The translations under genes and the position numbers were made by a program. A stretch of 64,000 nt of DNA from contig CAVPOC010000008.1 in the NCBI GenBank assembly GCA_963706955.1, positions 480,001-544,000 on the forward strand, in the 5' to 3' direction. Every line of letters begins with the position of its first letter. Position 1 is the stretch's first letter. Positions 41,624 to 52,528 of the stretch are shown in pieces. This DNA is from an uncultured Verrucomicrobiae bacterium. GTDB taxonomy: Bacteria > Verrucomicrobiota > Verrucomicrobiia > Chthoniobacterales > Terrimicrobiaceae. The notes under the pieces were generated by a model, which was not told the DNA's origin, searched no databases, and saw only the letters and a program-made list of their open reading frames with translations.

Positions 41624-44600
41624 CTAGTCAACCCGTTCGAGGATCACAGCGCCATAATCTGGAATATGCAAGGCATGGGAGCGCCCGAGCCGAGCGTCGC
41701 GGCCGCCATTGGAGTGCTCGCCCTCGTTTTCGCCAGAAATCGCAAACGCCGGCCAAGTCGAGTTCCAGAGCTCGCGGTAAGTTCCGTCAGGCAAATTGAG
41801 GTAGCCAAGGTTGTGAAATCCGGCCCATCCGCCAAAGTTGAGCACGACGAAGTAGTCACCGCGCTGACCTCGAGAAATCGCCAACAGCTGGCCATCAGCA
41901 AATCGAACATCAATCGACGCGGGACCCTTGATCGCTGGACGGGTTCGGCGCAAGTCGCAAAGAATCTTCCACCAAGCGCGAATCCGGCCGCGGTCGGCAT
42001 CGGCCAGGTAGCCGTCGAGGTCGAGCGTCGTCGACGAGCCGAATTCGAACTGCTTATCCTCACCGGCTTCGGCACCCATGAAGGCCATCGGAATTCCTCG
42101 CGAAAGCAGTGTGCCGGCCGCCGCAACCTTGGCCATCCGAAAACCCTGGCCCCAACCGGCAACGTAGGCGATCCGATCGCGGACGTTTCCCACCTCATCG
42201 TGGCTCTCCGCGTAGTTGGTGACGTTATACCATTCATCGCACTCTGTCTGACTCAGCTTGAAGGCCTCCGCCAGTCGCGACATTCCAACCTGCCTTCGAC
42301 AAGCGTCAACCATTCGGTCATGGAAATCGTCGCACCATTGCGTATCCATAGGGCCGCCGAAATTTGTCAGTGGCCATTCGTTGGGCAGGTGTTCGGCCAT
42401 CAGAATGCAACGCGAATCGACCTCTTCCCGCAGAGCCTTCCGGATGGCATGAAGAAAGTCCCACCCGCCGCCCGAGCCTAACTCGCGCACGAAACCACTC
42501 CACGGATCCCAAGCGCTCGAGTGAACGATCGTGGCGGTATGATCGAGACGGAAACCATCCAGATGGTACTCGCGGGCAAGGTAGACAAGGTTCTGCGCGA
42601 AAAAGTGTCTGCATTGGGGTTGATCGAAATTGATCATTGCGCCCCATTGTGTGTCGCCATCGAAAAAGCTCTCTTTGGCGATCGACCAGAGGATGTTGTC
42701 CGTCGATCCCGCGTGATTGAAGACGACATCAACCAGCACGGCTAGTCCGTTCCGATGACAGGTATCCACCAGTTCTTTGAGGGCATCGGGCCCGCCGTAG
42801 CTATTTTCGATCGCGTAAAAGTAGGCCGGGTCGTATCCCCAGGAATTCTCGGTTCCGACTTCGTTAAGCGGCATCACCAGGATGGCGGTGGCACCGAGTT
42901 CGCGAAGGTAACCGCCATCACGATCAATTTCGCGCGCAACGCGCCGCAAGGGAAGTTCTTCGCCAAAGCGATTCGAAAACCGCCTCACATGAATCTGGTA
43001 AACATTCAAGTGCTCCCAACCGGGACGGCGCCAACTTGCATCTTGCCAGGCGAATTTGTCTGGTTGCACCAGTTTGGACAGGTCCTGGTTCCACGAACTC
43101 TTCACCCAGCCCGCCGCCGGGTCTTGAAGCTTTTCGGAGTCGTTGAGGAGGAATTGGTACTCGACACCGTGATAATCGGTGCGACCGAGGTTCACCTGGA
43201 TCTCATTGATGGGAACACGGGCCCACCAATAAGCCCCGTCGAGCGTTGAGCGCATCTCCACCGCATTCTGCTCCCAGTTCGTCCATGGACCGATCACGCG
43301 CAGGCGAGCGGCTCCGGGCGCGTGCACGGCGAAGTGAAGGTGACCGTCTTCCGCATGTGCTCCCGGACGGCGGATGTGAAACGGTGGATTTTGGAAGATC
43401 TCGGGCGGCGGTTTAGACTCGAGCAGAGGGGAGCGTTCCAAGACGATAAAACGCTCGAGTATTCCAGGAACCTCGGGCCCTTTGACTGAATGGCGATCAA
43501 TCGCCTCCCATCTCCCCCGCTCATCACGGAACTTGAGCGAAGTTACGACCTGCGAGTATGTGAAAACGGTAAGCCGCCCATCTTCTCCGACCTCTTGTGA
43601 TTGAATGATGGCGGCGCGGGCCCGATTGAGCCAAACGTGAACAAAGAGCTTCCCACTAAGAGCACTCCCGGGAGGCCGCGCGACGATTGTCAGATCAAAT
43701 TGCATGCTTCGCTGAGGCTCGACGTCAAAAATCGCCGAGTCACCTTCCAGAGTCCAAATCTCGGAGTCGCGCCGGATATTCACTCTGCGAATGGCTTCGC
43801 GACTCTCCCATTCCGCGTCCGCTCCGGGATTGCGGAACTGCAATCTGTATCCCAAGCCCGTGTAGAGCGCTGCCTCGTAGGTAGCCCAGCCAGATGCGTC
43901 GAGGTTGCCCTCGACATCCGCGCTGAAGTCGGAATTGTCTTGCCAATAGTGAAGCTGTGCCCTCTGTGAAAGCTCCTGCCGAAAGTGGACTAAAAGGGTC
44001 TTTTTCTGCGGGATCGCGCTGGCGATCTCAGCGGCATCGCCATGCGTCCAGATTTCGGGTCCATCTTCCGCGGACCAGAGGCGGTTGGCAAAGTCGGGCT
44101 CGAAGCCGGTAAAGTCCCTATCCACGCGCCGAATGAACTTAAAGAGAAAAAAGGACTGTTCGTCAGCCGCAAGATTCAGATCGAAAAACGGCCCGAGATC
44201 GTCTTCGCCTGCCTGCGCGATACGACGCTCCGCGCCTTTGACGGGATCCCACAAAAAAAGCTCACTGGGGCGATATCGGCTCCGAGAAATCAGATGCAGC
44301 TTAAGAGCAAGTGCCGACCGGCCCAGCGGATCGGAGGTCAAGACGCGCTGGGTGTCCTGGGCGAACCATACTTCTTCTGCAAGCGCCCCGCCCGCGCTGC
44401 GCGGAAGTTTGCGCTGATGCGCATCCTTTTCCCAGTTGCCAGGGCGGCCCGCTTCATTGAAATCGAACAACATGAAGCAGACATCGTTGAGGATTCCAGG
44501 CTCGAAACCGTAATCGAATTCGACCCAGCCGGGCCCTGCTGCGCCCGACGAGGGGTGCAAATGAAGTCTGGTCGGGGTCCCCTCACGCCAGACGTGCAAG

Positions 44601-44641
44601 CCAGGGTTCCTAAAGCGGGTATAAGCGTAGAAACGTGACAT
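41624..44641 (-). CDS. GH13 alpha-amylase family (GlgB/TreZ-like) enzyme with long modular N-terminus
   Basis: SWGYDP, DVVFNH, DGFRLD, MAEH and ESHDEVGN catalytic regions. Confidence 0.9.
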   Translation of the reverse strand: MSRFYAYTRFRNPGLHVWREGTPTRLHLHPSSGAAGPGWVEFDYGFEPGILNDVCFMLFDFNEAGRPGNWEKDAHQRKLPRSAGGALAEEVWFAQDTQRVLTSDPLGRSALALKLHLISRSRYRPSELFLWDPVKGAERRIAQAGEDDLGPFFDLNLAADEQSFFLFKFIRRVDRDFTGFEPDFANRLWSAEDGPEIWTHGDAAEIASAIPQKKTLLVHFRQELSQRAQLHYWQDNSDFSADVEGNLDASGWATYEAALYTGLGYRLQFRNPGADAEWESREAIRRVNIRRDSEIWTLEGDSAIFDVEPQRSMQFDLTIVARPPGSALSGKLFVHVWLNRARAAIIQSQEVGEDGRLTVFTYSQVVTSLKFRDERGRWEAIDRHSVKGPEVPGILERFIVLERSPLLESKPPPEIFQNPPFHIRRPGAHAEDGHLHFAVHAPGAARLRVIGPWTNWEQNAVEMRSTLDGAYWWARVPINEIQVNLGRTDYHGVEYQFLLNDSEKLQDPAAGWVKSSWNQDLSKLVQPDKFAWQDASWRRPGWEHLNVYQIHVRRFSNRFGEELPLRRVAREIDRDGGYLRELGATAILVMPLNEVGTENSWGYDPAYFYAIENSYGGPDALKELVDTCHRNGLAVLVDVVFNHAGSTDNILWSIAKESFFDGDTQWGAMINFDQPQCRHFFAQNLVYLAREYHLDGFRLDHTATIVHSSAWDPWSGFVRELGSGGGWDFLHAIRKALREEVDSRCILMAEHLPNEWPLTNFGGPMDTQWCDDFHDRMVDACRRQVGMSRLAEAFKLSQTECDEWYNVTNYAESHDEVGNVRDRIAYVAGWGQGFRMAKVAAAGTLLSRGIPMAFMGAEAGEDKQFEFGSSTTLDLDGYLADADRGRIRAWWKILCDLRRTRPAIKGPASIDVRFADGQLLAISRGQRGDYFVVLNFGGWAGFHNLGYLNLPDGTYRELWNSTWPAFAISGENEGEHSNGGRDARLGRSHALHIPDYGAVILERVD

Positions 44642-44864
44642 GCAGCAGGCTTAGCTAAGCCGAAGCTGATTGCTCAATCTCCCGGCGTCTCGCCCTGTCC
44701 AAACAGAACCCGATGAATTCCCATAGATTGCTTCAGCAGCGTCCCGACGCTTAACAAAGGCTTCGTTAGATGCAAGGAAAACTAGTCGCGCGCCGGTGTT
44801 TCAGAAGGATGGTCAAGACAAGAGAGATCGTCTTCTATGAGCCAAGGAATAGCTGCCCGATGTA

Positions 44865-46313
44865 ATGGATCCTCTTCGCGCAAAACAAACCGACTTTGAC
44901 GCTGTCGTCGTCGGATCTGGCCCGAACGGCCTCGCCGCCGCCGTGACCCTCGCGCGCGCGCAGCTTTCGGTCCTGGTGCTCGAAGCGAGCGAATCGATTG
45001 GTGGCGGAACCCGTTCCATGGAACTAACCCTGCCTGGATTTATTCACGACGTCTGCTCCGCCGTGCATCCACTCGCGGTCGGTTCGCCATTCTTTCGCGA
45101 TTTGCCGCTGCGCGACCATGGACTCGAATGGATCCACCCAGAAATACCACTGGCCCATCCTCTGGGAGGAGATAGGTCTGTTTCGCTGCGGCGATCCTTG
45201 GCTGAAACCGCCGCCCTCATTGGAAAAGACGGCGCCGCTTACCGGGCTCTCATGGAACCGCTCGTCGACGACTGGTGGGGATTGACTCGTGAATTTCTGC
45301 AACCGATGATCCACCTGCCGCGGAATCCCCTCGCCTTTATCCGTTTTGGTCTGCGGGCGATTCAGCCGGCGCAATGGCTGGCCAGGCGCTTTTCCGATGA
45401 GCCCGCTCGCGCACTCTTCGCCGGATTGGCTGGGCATTCTTTTCTGTCACTGAGCGCACCGGCTTCCGCCGCCTTCGGGCTGGTGCTCGGCGCGGCTGGA
45501 CACGCCGTCGGCTGGCCTTTCCCCCGTGGCGGCGCACAGAAAATCGCCAACGCTCTCGCCAGTTACCTCCAATCCCTCGGAGGCCAGATCGAAGTCGGGA
45601 GAAGAGTGACTCAACTTTCCGACTTGCCATCTTCGCGCGCGGTGCTTTTCGACCTAACGCCCCGAGCGCTTCTCACGCTTGCTGGAAACATCTTGCCCCC
45701 TCGATATCGTCACGCGCTGGAGCGCTTCCCTTACGGTTCCGGGATTTTCAAGATTGATTATGCCTTAAGCGCTCCGATTCCTTGGAGTGCCGAAGAATGC
45801 CGCCAGGCCGGGACGGTCCACGTCGGCGGAACCGCTGCTGAGATCGCCGCCGCCGAGGACACGGTTGCGAGGAGGCGCTCGATTGCACCTAATCCTTTCG
45901 TTCTCCTGGCGCAGCCGACGCTAAGTGATCCATCGCGCGCCCCGACCGGCAAGCATGTTGCCTGGGCTTACTGCCACACTCCCAGCGGATCCGTCACAGA
46001 CCTGACTGAAAACATCGAGACTCAGATCGAGCGCTTTGCTCCAGGGTTCCGAGATTGCATTCTGGCACGCCACAAGATGAATGCCGTCGACCTCGAACAT
46101 CACAACCCTAATCTCATCGGCGGGGCCGTAAACGGCGGCTCTCTCGATCTTAAACACCTGCTCGTCCGACCCGTCTTCAGCGCAAATCCTTACCGGACGC
46201 CGCTGCGCGGTGTCTATCTATGTTCCGCCTCGACCCCGCCCGGGGGTGGCGTCCACGGAATGTGCGGCTATCACGCGGCACGATGGGCATTGCAGGAAGT
46301 TTTTGGCCATTAG
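44865..46313 (+). CDS. phytoene desaturase family NAD(P)/FAD-dependent oxidoreductase
   Basis: GSGPNGL, HDVCSAVHP and CSASTPPGGGVHGMCG. Confidence 0.9.
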   Translation: MDPLRAKQTDFDAVVVGSGPNGLAAAVTLARAQLSVLVLEASESIGGGTRSMELTLPGFIHDVCSAVHPLAVGSPFFRDLPLRDHGLEWIHPEIPLAHPLGGDRSVSLRRSLAETAALIGKDGAAYRALMEPLVDDWWGLTREFLQPMIHLPRNPLAFIRFGLRAIQPAQWLARRFSDEPARALFAGLAGHSFLSLSAPASAAFGLVLGAAGHAVGWPFPRGGAQKIANALASYLQSLGGQIEVGRRVTQLSDLPSSRAVLFDLTPRALLTLAGNILPPRYRHALERFPYGSGIFKIDYALSAPIPWSAEECRQAGTVHVGGTAAEIAAAEDTVARRRSIAPNPFVLLAQPTLSDPSRAPTGKHVAWAYCHTPSGSVTDLTENIETQIERFAPGFRDCILARHKMNAVDLEHHNPNLIGGAVNGGSLDLKHLLVRPVFSANPYRTPLRGVYLCSASTPPGGGVHGMCGYHAARWALQEVFGH

Positions 46314-46427
46314 CGCGGCGCAAGGGTGTTTGCGGAGCCGGCCGCATTAGACCTTGTAGAAGTCCTCCCGAAGAATGGACTTTTATTTCTGCATCTTCTC
46401 GGCGAGCTCGTATGCGAATTTCACTTG

Positions 46428-46659
46428 TGAGTCGCACCTTCAGCGCTAGGTGCGTGAGGTGTGGATTCCTCGGGCGGTGCCCGAGGCTGACATGAGTCGC
46501 GCCGTTGGCGCTGGGCCTGCGCGCGACCGAGCAGGATTTCCGTCAGTCAGAAGGTGAGTCTATCGGTTAGCGCCAGGGGCGCGATTCAAGTTTAGACTGC
46601 GGCACACGCCCCAGGCAATGGCCCACACACATGCGAACTAGCGCTGAAAGCGAGATTCA
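46428..46659. repeat. inverted pair of ~85-90 bp REP-like elements, family B
   Basis: Reverse complement of 46428-46512 (agcgccaacggcgcgactca...gcctcgggcaccgcccgagg...agcgctgaaggtgcgactca) matches 46569-46659 (agcgccaggggcgcgattca...agcgctgaaagcgagattca). Confidence 0.7.
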
Positions 46660-46852
46660 AGGTATGAGAGACGTCAGCGGGCTCACTTTTTCAGGATATC
46701 GCCGCTACGGAGTGTCTAGAGCTACCAGCCCAGGCCTTGGTCATAGCAGATAGCAAGGGTTCTCCTGCTTTTTCTTGCTCCACTAAAGAACCGGCTGTCC
46801 GCGTGACTAGCTCACTGGTAATTCCCTGAGCCAACGCTTCCCTTAGATCACC

Positions 46853-48160
46853 GTGAGCTTCGACCTCTTATATTTGCTGCTTGGCGTGCTGCTCGTGGCG
46901 GTCGCCATGCTCGCGTCCTCCGTCAAGCGGTTGCCGCTTTCCGAAGGGATGATCTATCTGGCCGCCGGAGCCGCTTTGGGGCCACTCGGCCTCCACTTTC
47001 TGTATGTTGATCCACAAGCACACTCCGAAATACTCGAACGCGCGGCGGAGATCGCGGTCATCATCTCGCTATTCACGACCGGACTGAAATTACGCGTGTC
47101 GCTGCGTGATCCACAATGGTGGATACCTCTCGGCCTGGCTTCCGGTTCGATGGTGCTGACTGTCGGCATGATAGCGCTCGTCGGTGTGTTTGGACTTGGT
47201 CTGCCACTCGGCGGCGCGGTCCTCCTCGGTGCAATCCTCGCGCCAACCGATCCGGTTCTCGCTTCCGGCGTTCAACTCGAGGACATTCGCGACCGCAATC
47301 GACTACGCTTCAGCCTTACTGGTGAGGCGGGCCTGAACGACGGCACTGCCTTTCCGCTGGTCATGCTAGGTCTCGGGCTCTGCGGCCTTCATGATCTTGG
47401 CGCCTGGGGGTGGAAGTGGTGGACTCTTGATGTCCTCTGGGCAATTTTCGCGGGTCTCGGCGTCGGCGCGCTCTGCGGAACCCTCATCGGGCAAGGGGTC
47501 ATTTACCTTCGGCGTGAACATCATGAAGGCATTGGAAGGGATGAACTGCTCGCACTCGGGCTGATCGCTCTCTCTTACGGCGCGGCGCTGCAGCTCCATG
47601 GATATGGATTTCTCGCCGTCTTTGCCGCGGGACTTACTTTGCGGTCAGTCGAACGGAAGCACACCGGGAAAGAGCCGCCACCCGAAGAGCTTGCCGTGGA
47701 GGCCGCCTTGAAGCCCGATGAAATCGCAACCCACCCAGAGAAAGGGCCTGCACACATGGCCGGCGCTATCCTAACGATCAACGAGCAACTGGAACGCGTC
47801 GTTGAAATCGCGCTCGTGCTCGTTGTCGCCGCAGCACTTTCACCGCAGTATCTCCATTTCGAAGCGACGTGGTTCATCGCGATCCTTTTCCTGGTCATCC
47901 GACCGGTTTCGGTAAGCCTCGGATTGCTCGGACAGAAGATGCCCGCATCAGAGCGTCGCCTCATCTCCTGGTTTGGCATCCGGGGGATTGGATCACTCTA
48001 CTACCTGATGTTTGTGCTCAATCGCGGAGTGCCACAGGATCTGACATCACAACTGATCTCCATCACGCTGACCACTATTGCCATTTCCATCGTCGTGCAT
48101 GGCATTACGGTGACGCCGCTCATGAATTGGCACCAAAAGCGTCGAAGAAGACACACTTGA
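46853..48160 (+). CDS. cation:proton antiporter (CPA1/NhaP-type)
   Basis: [17 protein letters not shown] and WFGIRGIGS; about 12 TM segments. Confidence 0.9.
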   Translation: MSFDLLYLLLGVLLVAVAMLASSVKRLPLSEGMIYLAAGAALGPLGLHFLYVDPQAHSEILERAAEIAVIISLFTTGLKLRVSLRDPQWWIPLGLASGSMVLTVGMIALVGVFGLGLPLGGAVLLGAILAPTDPVLASGVQLEDIRDRNRLRFSLTGEAGLNDGTAFPLVMLGLGLCGLHDLGAWGWKWWTLDVLWAIFAGLGVGALCGTLIGQGVIYLRREHHEGIGRDELLALGLIALSYGAALQLHGYGFLAVFAAGLTLRSVERKHTGKEPPPEELAVEAALKPDEIATHPEKGPAHMAGAILTINEQLERVVEIALVLVVAAALSPQYLHFEATWFIAILFLVIRPVSVSLGLLGQKMPASERRLISWFGIRGIGSLYYLMFVLNRGVPQDLTSQLISITLTTIAISIVVHGITVTPLMNWHQKRRRRHT

Positions 48161-48311
48161 GCCCGCACGAATCCGACAACTGACGCCCGGCGGCCTGCGC
48201 CGCCGTGGGATCGTTTGTGCTCCAGGGCGCGAATACCGACGAACTTCGGAGAAGCTGGTCAGAGACTTAGCTTGCGGCATCCAGGCCGGCCAAGGCCTGC
48301 GAAATATCAGT

Positions 48312-48497
48312 ATGACAAAACTAGAACTCAAGGGCAATTGGAACGAGATCAAAGGCAAGCTCAAACAGAAGTACGGGCAGCTCACCGACGATGACCTGAC
48401 CTTCGCCGAGGGCAAGGACGACGAACTACTCGGTCGTCTGCAACAACGGCTTGGCAGGACCAAGGAGGAAATCCGGAAGGAGCTCGAAGGCCTTTAA
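48312..48497 (+). CDS. csbD: CsbD family stress protein
   Basis: [23 protein letters not shown]...GRLQ. Confidence 0.92.
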   Translation: MTKLELKGNWNEIKGKLKQKYGQLTDDDLTFAEGKDDELLGRLQQRLGRTKEEIRKELEGL

Positions 48498-48594
48498 ACG
48501 CAGTCCCTAGCGTTCTCTCGTAGAAAACCCTCAGGGTAAGCGGTTTCGTGTGCGCATTGACGCGCCACGGCAGCGCTGTCTATGTACTGTTACT

Positions 48595-49482
48595 ATGAAA
48601 GCCGCTCTTGATCTTTTAAAACAAGCCGCTTGGGATTGGTTTGACGATAGCGCTCCGACCTTGGGAGCGGCCGTAGCTTATTACACCGTCTTCTCACTTG
48701 CCCCCCTCTTTGTTATTGCTGTGGCCATCGCGGGCTTGGTCTTCGGCCGGGAAGCAGCGCAAGGTCAAATTTTCGAGCAATTGCGCTTCATGATCGGAGA
48801 GACCAGTGCCGCCGCCATGGAAGACGTGGTGGAAAGTGCCAATTCAGAGCCGAAGACCGGTGTGTTCGCCACAATCGTCGGATTCGTCGCTTTAATCGTC
48901 GGCGCCTCGGGAGTCTTTGCGCAACTACAAGCTTCGCTCAATGCGATCTGGCGCGTGGAACCAAAGCCTGGACGAGGCATCTGGGGACTTATTCAGGACC
49001 GCGTTCTTTCCTTTGGCTTTATTCTCGTCGTCGGGTTCCTTCTTCTGATCTCCCTCCTTCTAACAGCGATCATCGCGTTTATAGGAGAGTGGGTTGGCGG
49101 CTTTGTGCCGGGTATTGAAACGCTCATCCAGATCCTGAATGCGATCCTCTCGTTGGTGGTGATTACGCTGCTCTTTGCAATGATTTTCAAGTTTCTGCCT
49201 GATGTGAAGATCGCCTGGCGCGATGTCTGGATCGGCGCGCTCATCACGGCTGGGCTCTTTACCGCCGGCAAAGAAGTCCTGGGCCTTTATTTAGGAAAGA
49301 GCGGAGTGGCTTCGTCGTATGGGGCGGCGGGATCGCTGATTGTCTTGCTCTTGTGGGTCTATTATTCGGCGCAAATCCTTTTTTTCGGAGCCGAGTTCAC
49401 CAAGGCTTATGCAAATCAATTCGGCTCGCGTGTCACCCCAGCAGACAATGCGGTCGCGGTGTCGAAGCAGCGCTTGACCTGA
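48595..49482 (+). CDS. YihY/virulence factor BrkB family protein
   Basis: AAVAYYTVFSLAP, LNAIW and YGAAGSLIVLLLWVYYS. Confidence 0.92.
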   Translation: MKAALDLLKQAAWDWFDDSAPTLGAAVAYYTVFSLAPLFVIAVAIAGLVFGREAAQGQIFEQLRFMIGETSAAAMEDVVESANSEPKTGVFATIVGFVALIVGASGVFAQLQASLNAIWRVEPKPGRGIWGLIQDRVLSFGFILVVGFLLLISLLLTAIIAFIGEWVGGFVPGIETLIQILNAILSLVVITLLFAMIFKFLPDVKIAWRDVWIGALITAGLFTAGKEVLGLYLGKSGVASSYGAAGSLIVLLLWVYYSAQILFFGAEFTKAYANQFGSRVTPADNAVAVSKQRLT

Positions 49483-49541
49483 GCCTACGAGAAGGGGAAA
49501 GCCCTGAGGTGTGCTCTACTTGCGACGGCAGCGCCATGACA

Positions 49542-49736
49542 TTCTGGGGAGCGCACGCGTCCCCGCGTCCCGCGTGCCCCGTTCGACGACTCTCGCCGAA
49601 CGCATTCGTCACGCCCAAATGCCCTTTGCGAAAAGAAAGTCCTTCGGTCGCAAGCGCCTTTGGCTAAAGATCCTTCGGCGGGACGCCGAAAACTCGTCAC
49701 ACCACGGGATTCGCCCGGGCGAATGGTCCCGCAGAA
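49542..49736. repeat. REP/REPIN-like element, family A copy 2 (partial third copy at ~49803-49847)
   Basis: ctggggagcgcacgcgtc...cgcctttggctaaagatc..ttcggcgggacgccgaa shared with 29401-29571. Confidence 0.8.
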
Positions 49737-49976
49737 ATCTGCGGAGGCCCGTAACTCAAGAGTTCCTTTCGTCGCACCTGAGCGGCGCACAGGCGCGCGA
49801 ACCGAAAACAAGCTGCTTCGACTGCACGACGCCGATTCGACTAAAGACATGACCGAACGAGATAGCGGATGAGGCGAATTGTCGGGGCAGTTGTGTCAAG
49901 CGCCCAAATCAACAGGTCACAAGGGCTCACAAAATCCTTCGCAGCTCTCAGCACCCGCGGAAGCGATCATGCCATG

Positions 49977-50684
49977 TCAATACTCATCATGACGACGCCA
50001 CCACTCGTAGGGCGGTGTCTGCGGCCATCCCGCTGGAGAATCCTCCCACTGCTCTTGCCGTCCGAACGGCGTCAGATCGAGCAGGACGAAGCTGCTGACG
50101 AGGACTTCAACGCCTCGGGCATTGGTAAAGTAGGTCTGGAAAACAGCATCGTCCTGTCGAAGGAAGACGCTCAGCCCGAAGGTTTCGCCCTCAGGAGTGG
50201 TGAGTCCGAAATCGTCATTGAAATCCGTCCCGGCAGAGGAAACCCATGGAATACTCCATCCCATCCGCCGTTTGTACGACTCGAGGTTTGCCAGCGGGGC
50301 GCGCGAGACCAAAACCAGGGAAGTGTTGCGAGCGTGCAGGTGCGCAACGGGACCCAGGTGGTCCACCACCATCGAGCAGCCTGGACAACCGGCCGCAGGC
50401 CACCCCTCAACATTTGGCGCAAACATGAAGTGATAGATAACGAGCTGGCGACGTCCGCCAAAAAGATCAAGCAAGCTCGCTTTGCCCTCGGGTCCATCAA
50501 AGACGTAGTTCTTCTCAATCCGGAACATCGGAAGGCGCCGCCGCTCAGCCGCAAGGGCATCGCGCGCGCGAGTGGCTGCCTTCTCCTTCACCAACAATTG
50601 GTCTCGAGCTCGCTGCCACTCCTCCCGCGAGACGATCGGCGGATGGCTCATCAGTTTCTCGTCGTGTGATTCTGTAACCTGCAT
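49977..50684 (-). CDS. DUF899 family (thioredoxin-like) protein
   Basis: VSREEWQRAR..LL.KEK, YHFMF, GCPGCS and DLTPFGRQE.WEDSP.GWPQ. Confidence 0.93.
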   Translation of the reverse strand: MQVTESHDEKLMSHPPIVSREEWQRARDQLLVKEKAATRARDALAAERRRLPMFRIEKNYVFDGPEGKASLLDLFGGRRQLVIYHFMFAPNVEGWPAAGCPGCSMVVDHLGPVAHLHARNTSLVLVSRAPLANLESYKRRMGWSIPWVSSAGTDFNDDFGLTTPEGETFGLSVFLRQDDAVFQTYFTNARGVEVLVSSFVLLDLTPFGRQEQWEDSPAGWPQTPPYEWWRRHDEY

Positions 50685-50979
50685 GAATTCTCCTTGATGC
50701 TCTTTATCTCCTGACGAACAACTTTACTCCAAAAGGACAACGGATGCAGCTGTCCGCTCGGATGAACTCCGCATCGTTTGAGCCTATCCGGTCCCGGTCG
50801 GCCGGGCCTGATAGCTGGCCATTCCAGCCCGCGGACACGCGAGATGACAGGTAGAGGACGAAGCGTGCCCCGCTCAGATATCTTGAGATCCGCAAACCTA
50901 CCCTAAGGTCCGGCGATGTTCTGCCACTTGATGAGTATGGAGCAAATGTAGATTTCCGGGGCCGGATGAGGTTGCCTAA

Positions 50980-51278
50980 GAGACTGTTGAAAAACTCACG
51001 CCTGTCACGCGCGAGCTCTTTGGGGTAGATATCGGTGAAGCGACGAGGGAGCATCCCCTGAAGGGGCTGTAACTGAGGAGCGACGCGGAGGTGCCCAAAG
51101 AGTTCGCGCCCTCCGGTTGCGCTAATTTTCGGCCCTCGCGGTGTCGCCAAGCTTGTCCGTAGCACTGCGGCTTGCGGGGAGATGGGGTCCCCGCAACCCC
51201 ATCAAGCCTGCGCTTGGCTCTTTGCGATCTTCCGAAAATTGGCAGCAACGTGGCATACGTGAGTTTTTCAACAGTCTC
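50980..51278. mobile_element. 299-bp MITE with perfect 21-bp terminal inverted repeats and CTAA target duplication (IS5-like)
   Basis: gagactgttgaaaaactcacg (50980-51000) and cgtgagtttttcaacagtctc (51258-51278); ctaa at 50976-50979 and 51279-51282. Confidence 0.9.
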
Positions 51279-51298
51279 CTAAGCAGGACGAGCTTGGC

Positions 51299-52024
51299 TT
51301 ATCGCCAAAGGATGACGCGATGCAGGGGCAACCGAGTCTTCTTCGGTGGATCTCCCTTGGCGTAGCCAACGGGAACGACAAGAATCGGTTCCCACGAACG
51401 TGGCAAGTCAAGTGCACGCCGCAATCTCCCTGCATCGAAGCCTTCCATCGGCACCGTTCCCAAGCCCGCCGCCTCCGCCGCCAGCATGAAATTCATCGAG
51501 CAAAGCATGACCTGTTTCGCGAGCCAAAAGCGCTTGTGGACTGCCATCATCTGCGGAATCGGAACGAGCCGCCTTGCAAGCGGGATTAGGGCTGCTTTCC
51601 AAAGCCAATTGATGCCGAGGGGTCCCTGTTTAAACATTAGGCGCACAATCTTACGCAGAAAGTTGGCGTAATCGGGAGTAATCGCACCAGCTGCAAGATC
51701 GTGGCTCAAAGTCTCCTCGAGTCGGTCGAATGCGAGATGGTCTCCCGCGAAGACGATCACGATGGGCGCCTCTGCTATCGATTCTTGATTGAGGCATGCC
51801 CGTCTGATCCGCGAGCGGACGCGGGGATCGGCGACGACAACGAAACGCGTCGGCTGGAGGTTATACCCACTGGGTGCCCATTGTGCGATGCGCAGCAAAC
51901 GTTCGATTAGGTCGTGCTCAAGCGGTTGCTGTAAAAAGTGGCGAGTCGCACGACGCTTCTGAGCCAACTCTTCAAATCGAGCGAGCATAGGTCTCGCTTC
52001 GTAGGAAGGAGAGTCCTCGCTCAT
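51299..52024 (-). CDS. nitroreductase family protein
   Basis: RRATRHF, APSGYNLQP and GLGTVPMEGFD. Confidence 0.9.
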   Translation of the reverse strand: MSEDSPSYEARPMLARFEELAQKRRATRHFLQQPLEHDLIERLLRIAQWAPSGYNLQPTRFVVVADPRVRSRIRRACLNQESIAEAPIVIVFAGDHLAFDRLEETLSHDLAAGAITPDYANFLRKIVRLMFKQGPLGINWLWKAALIPLARRLVPIPQMMAVHKRFWLAKQVMLCSMNFMLAAEAAGLGTVPMEGFDAGRLRRALDLPRSWEPILVVPVGYAKGDPPKKTRLPLHRVILWR

Positions 52025-52528
52025 GAACTCAAAGAAGTCATGGCATGAATAGTAATCAGCCGATTGATGGTCCTCAAGACCGACTGAATGGCCCACGACG
52101 TCGCACCAACAAATTCCTTTAGGAGGACGATTTTTTGCAGTCGGTGCAAACGAACCCGTTTTGACGTCTGCAGCTAACCTGCAGTGAGCTTTTCTCAGCG
52201 AGCACAGTCCGTAGCAGGAGCTCGCCAACGAAGGCGACTCGGCGGTCGGGAGTTGTCCTGGCAGAGACGCTTTCGGCACGCTGCTCAAGGTGTTAGTGAA
52301 TCGGTGACACCAAGGGACAAAGTGGGCATTAGGCTCAATTCATTGGTGAGGATTAAATGCGCAGAAGGATTGTTTTGCGCGACTGCCTGATCTTAAGCCG
52401 CGACTCTTCGTTGGCCAGCACGCGCGCGAGTGCCAAGACACTAAAGAGCCGAACCACGCGTCTGAAGGACAAACCCTGTGGACGACCATCCCCCGAGGAT
52501 GAGGTCTCAGACTGATCCCAAGAAAGCG

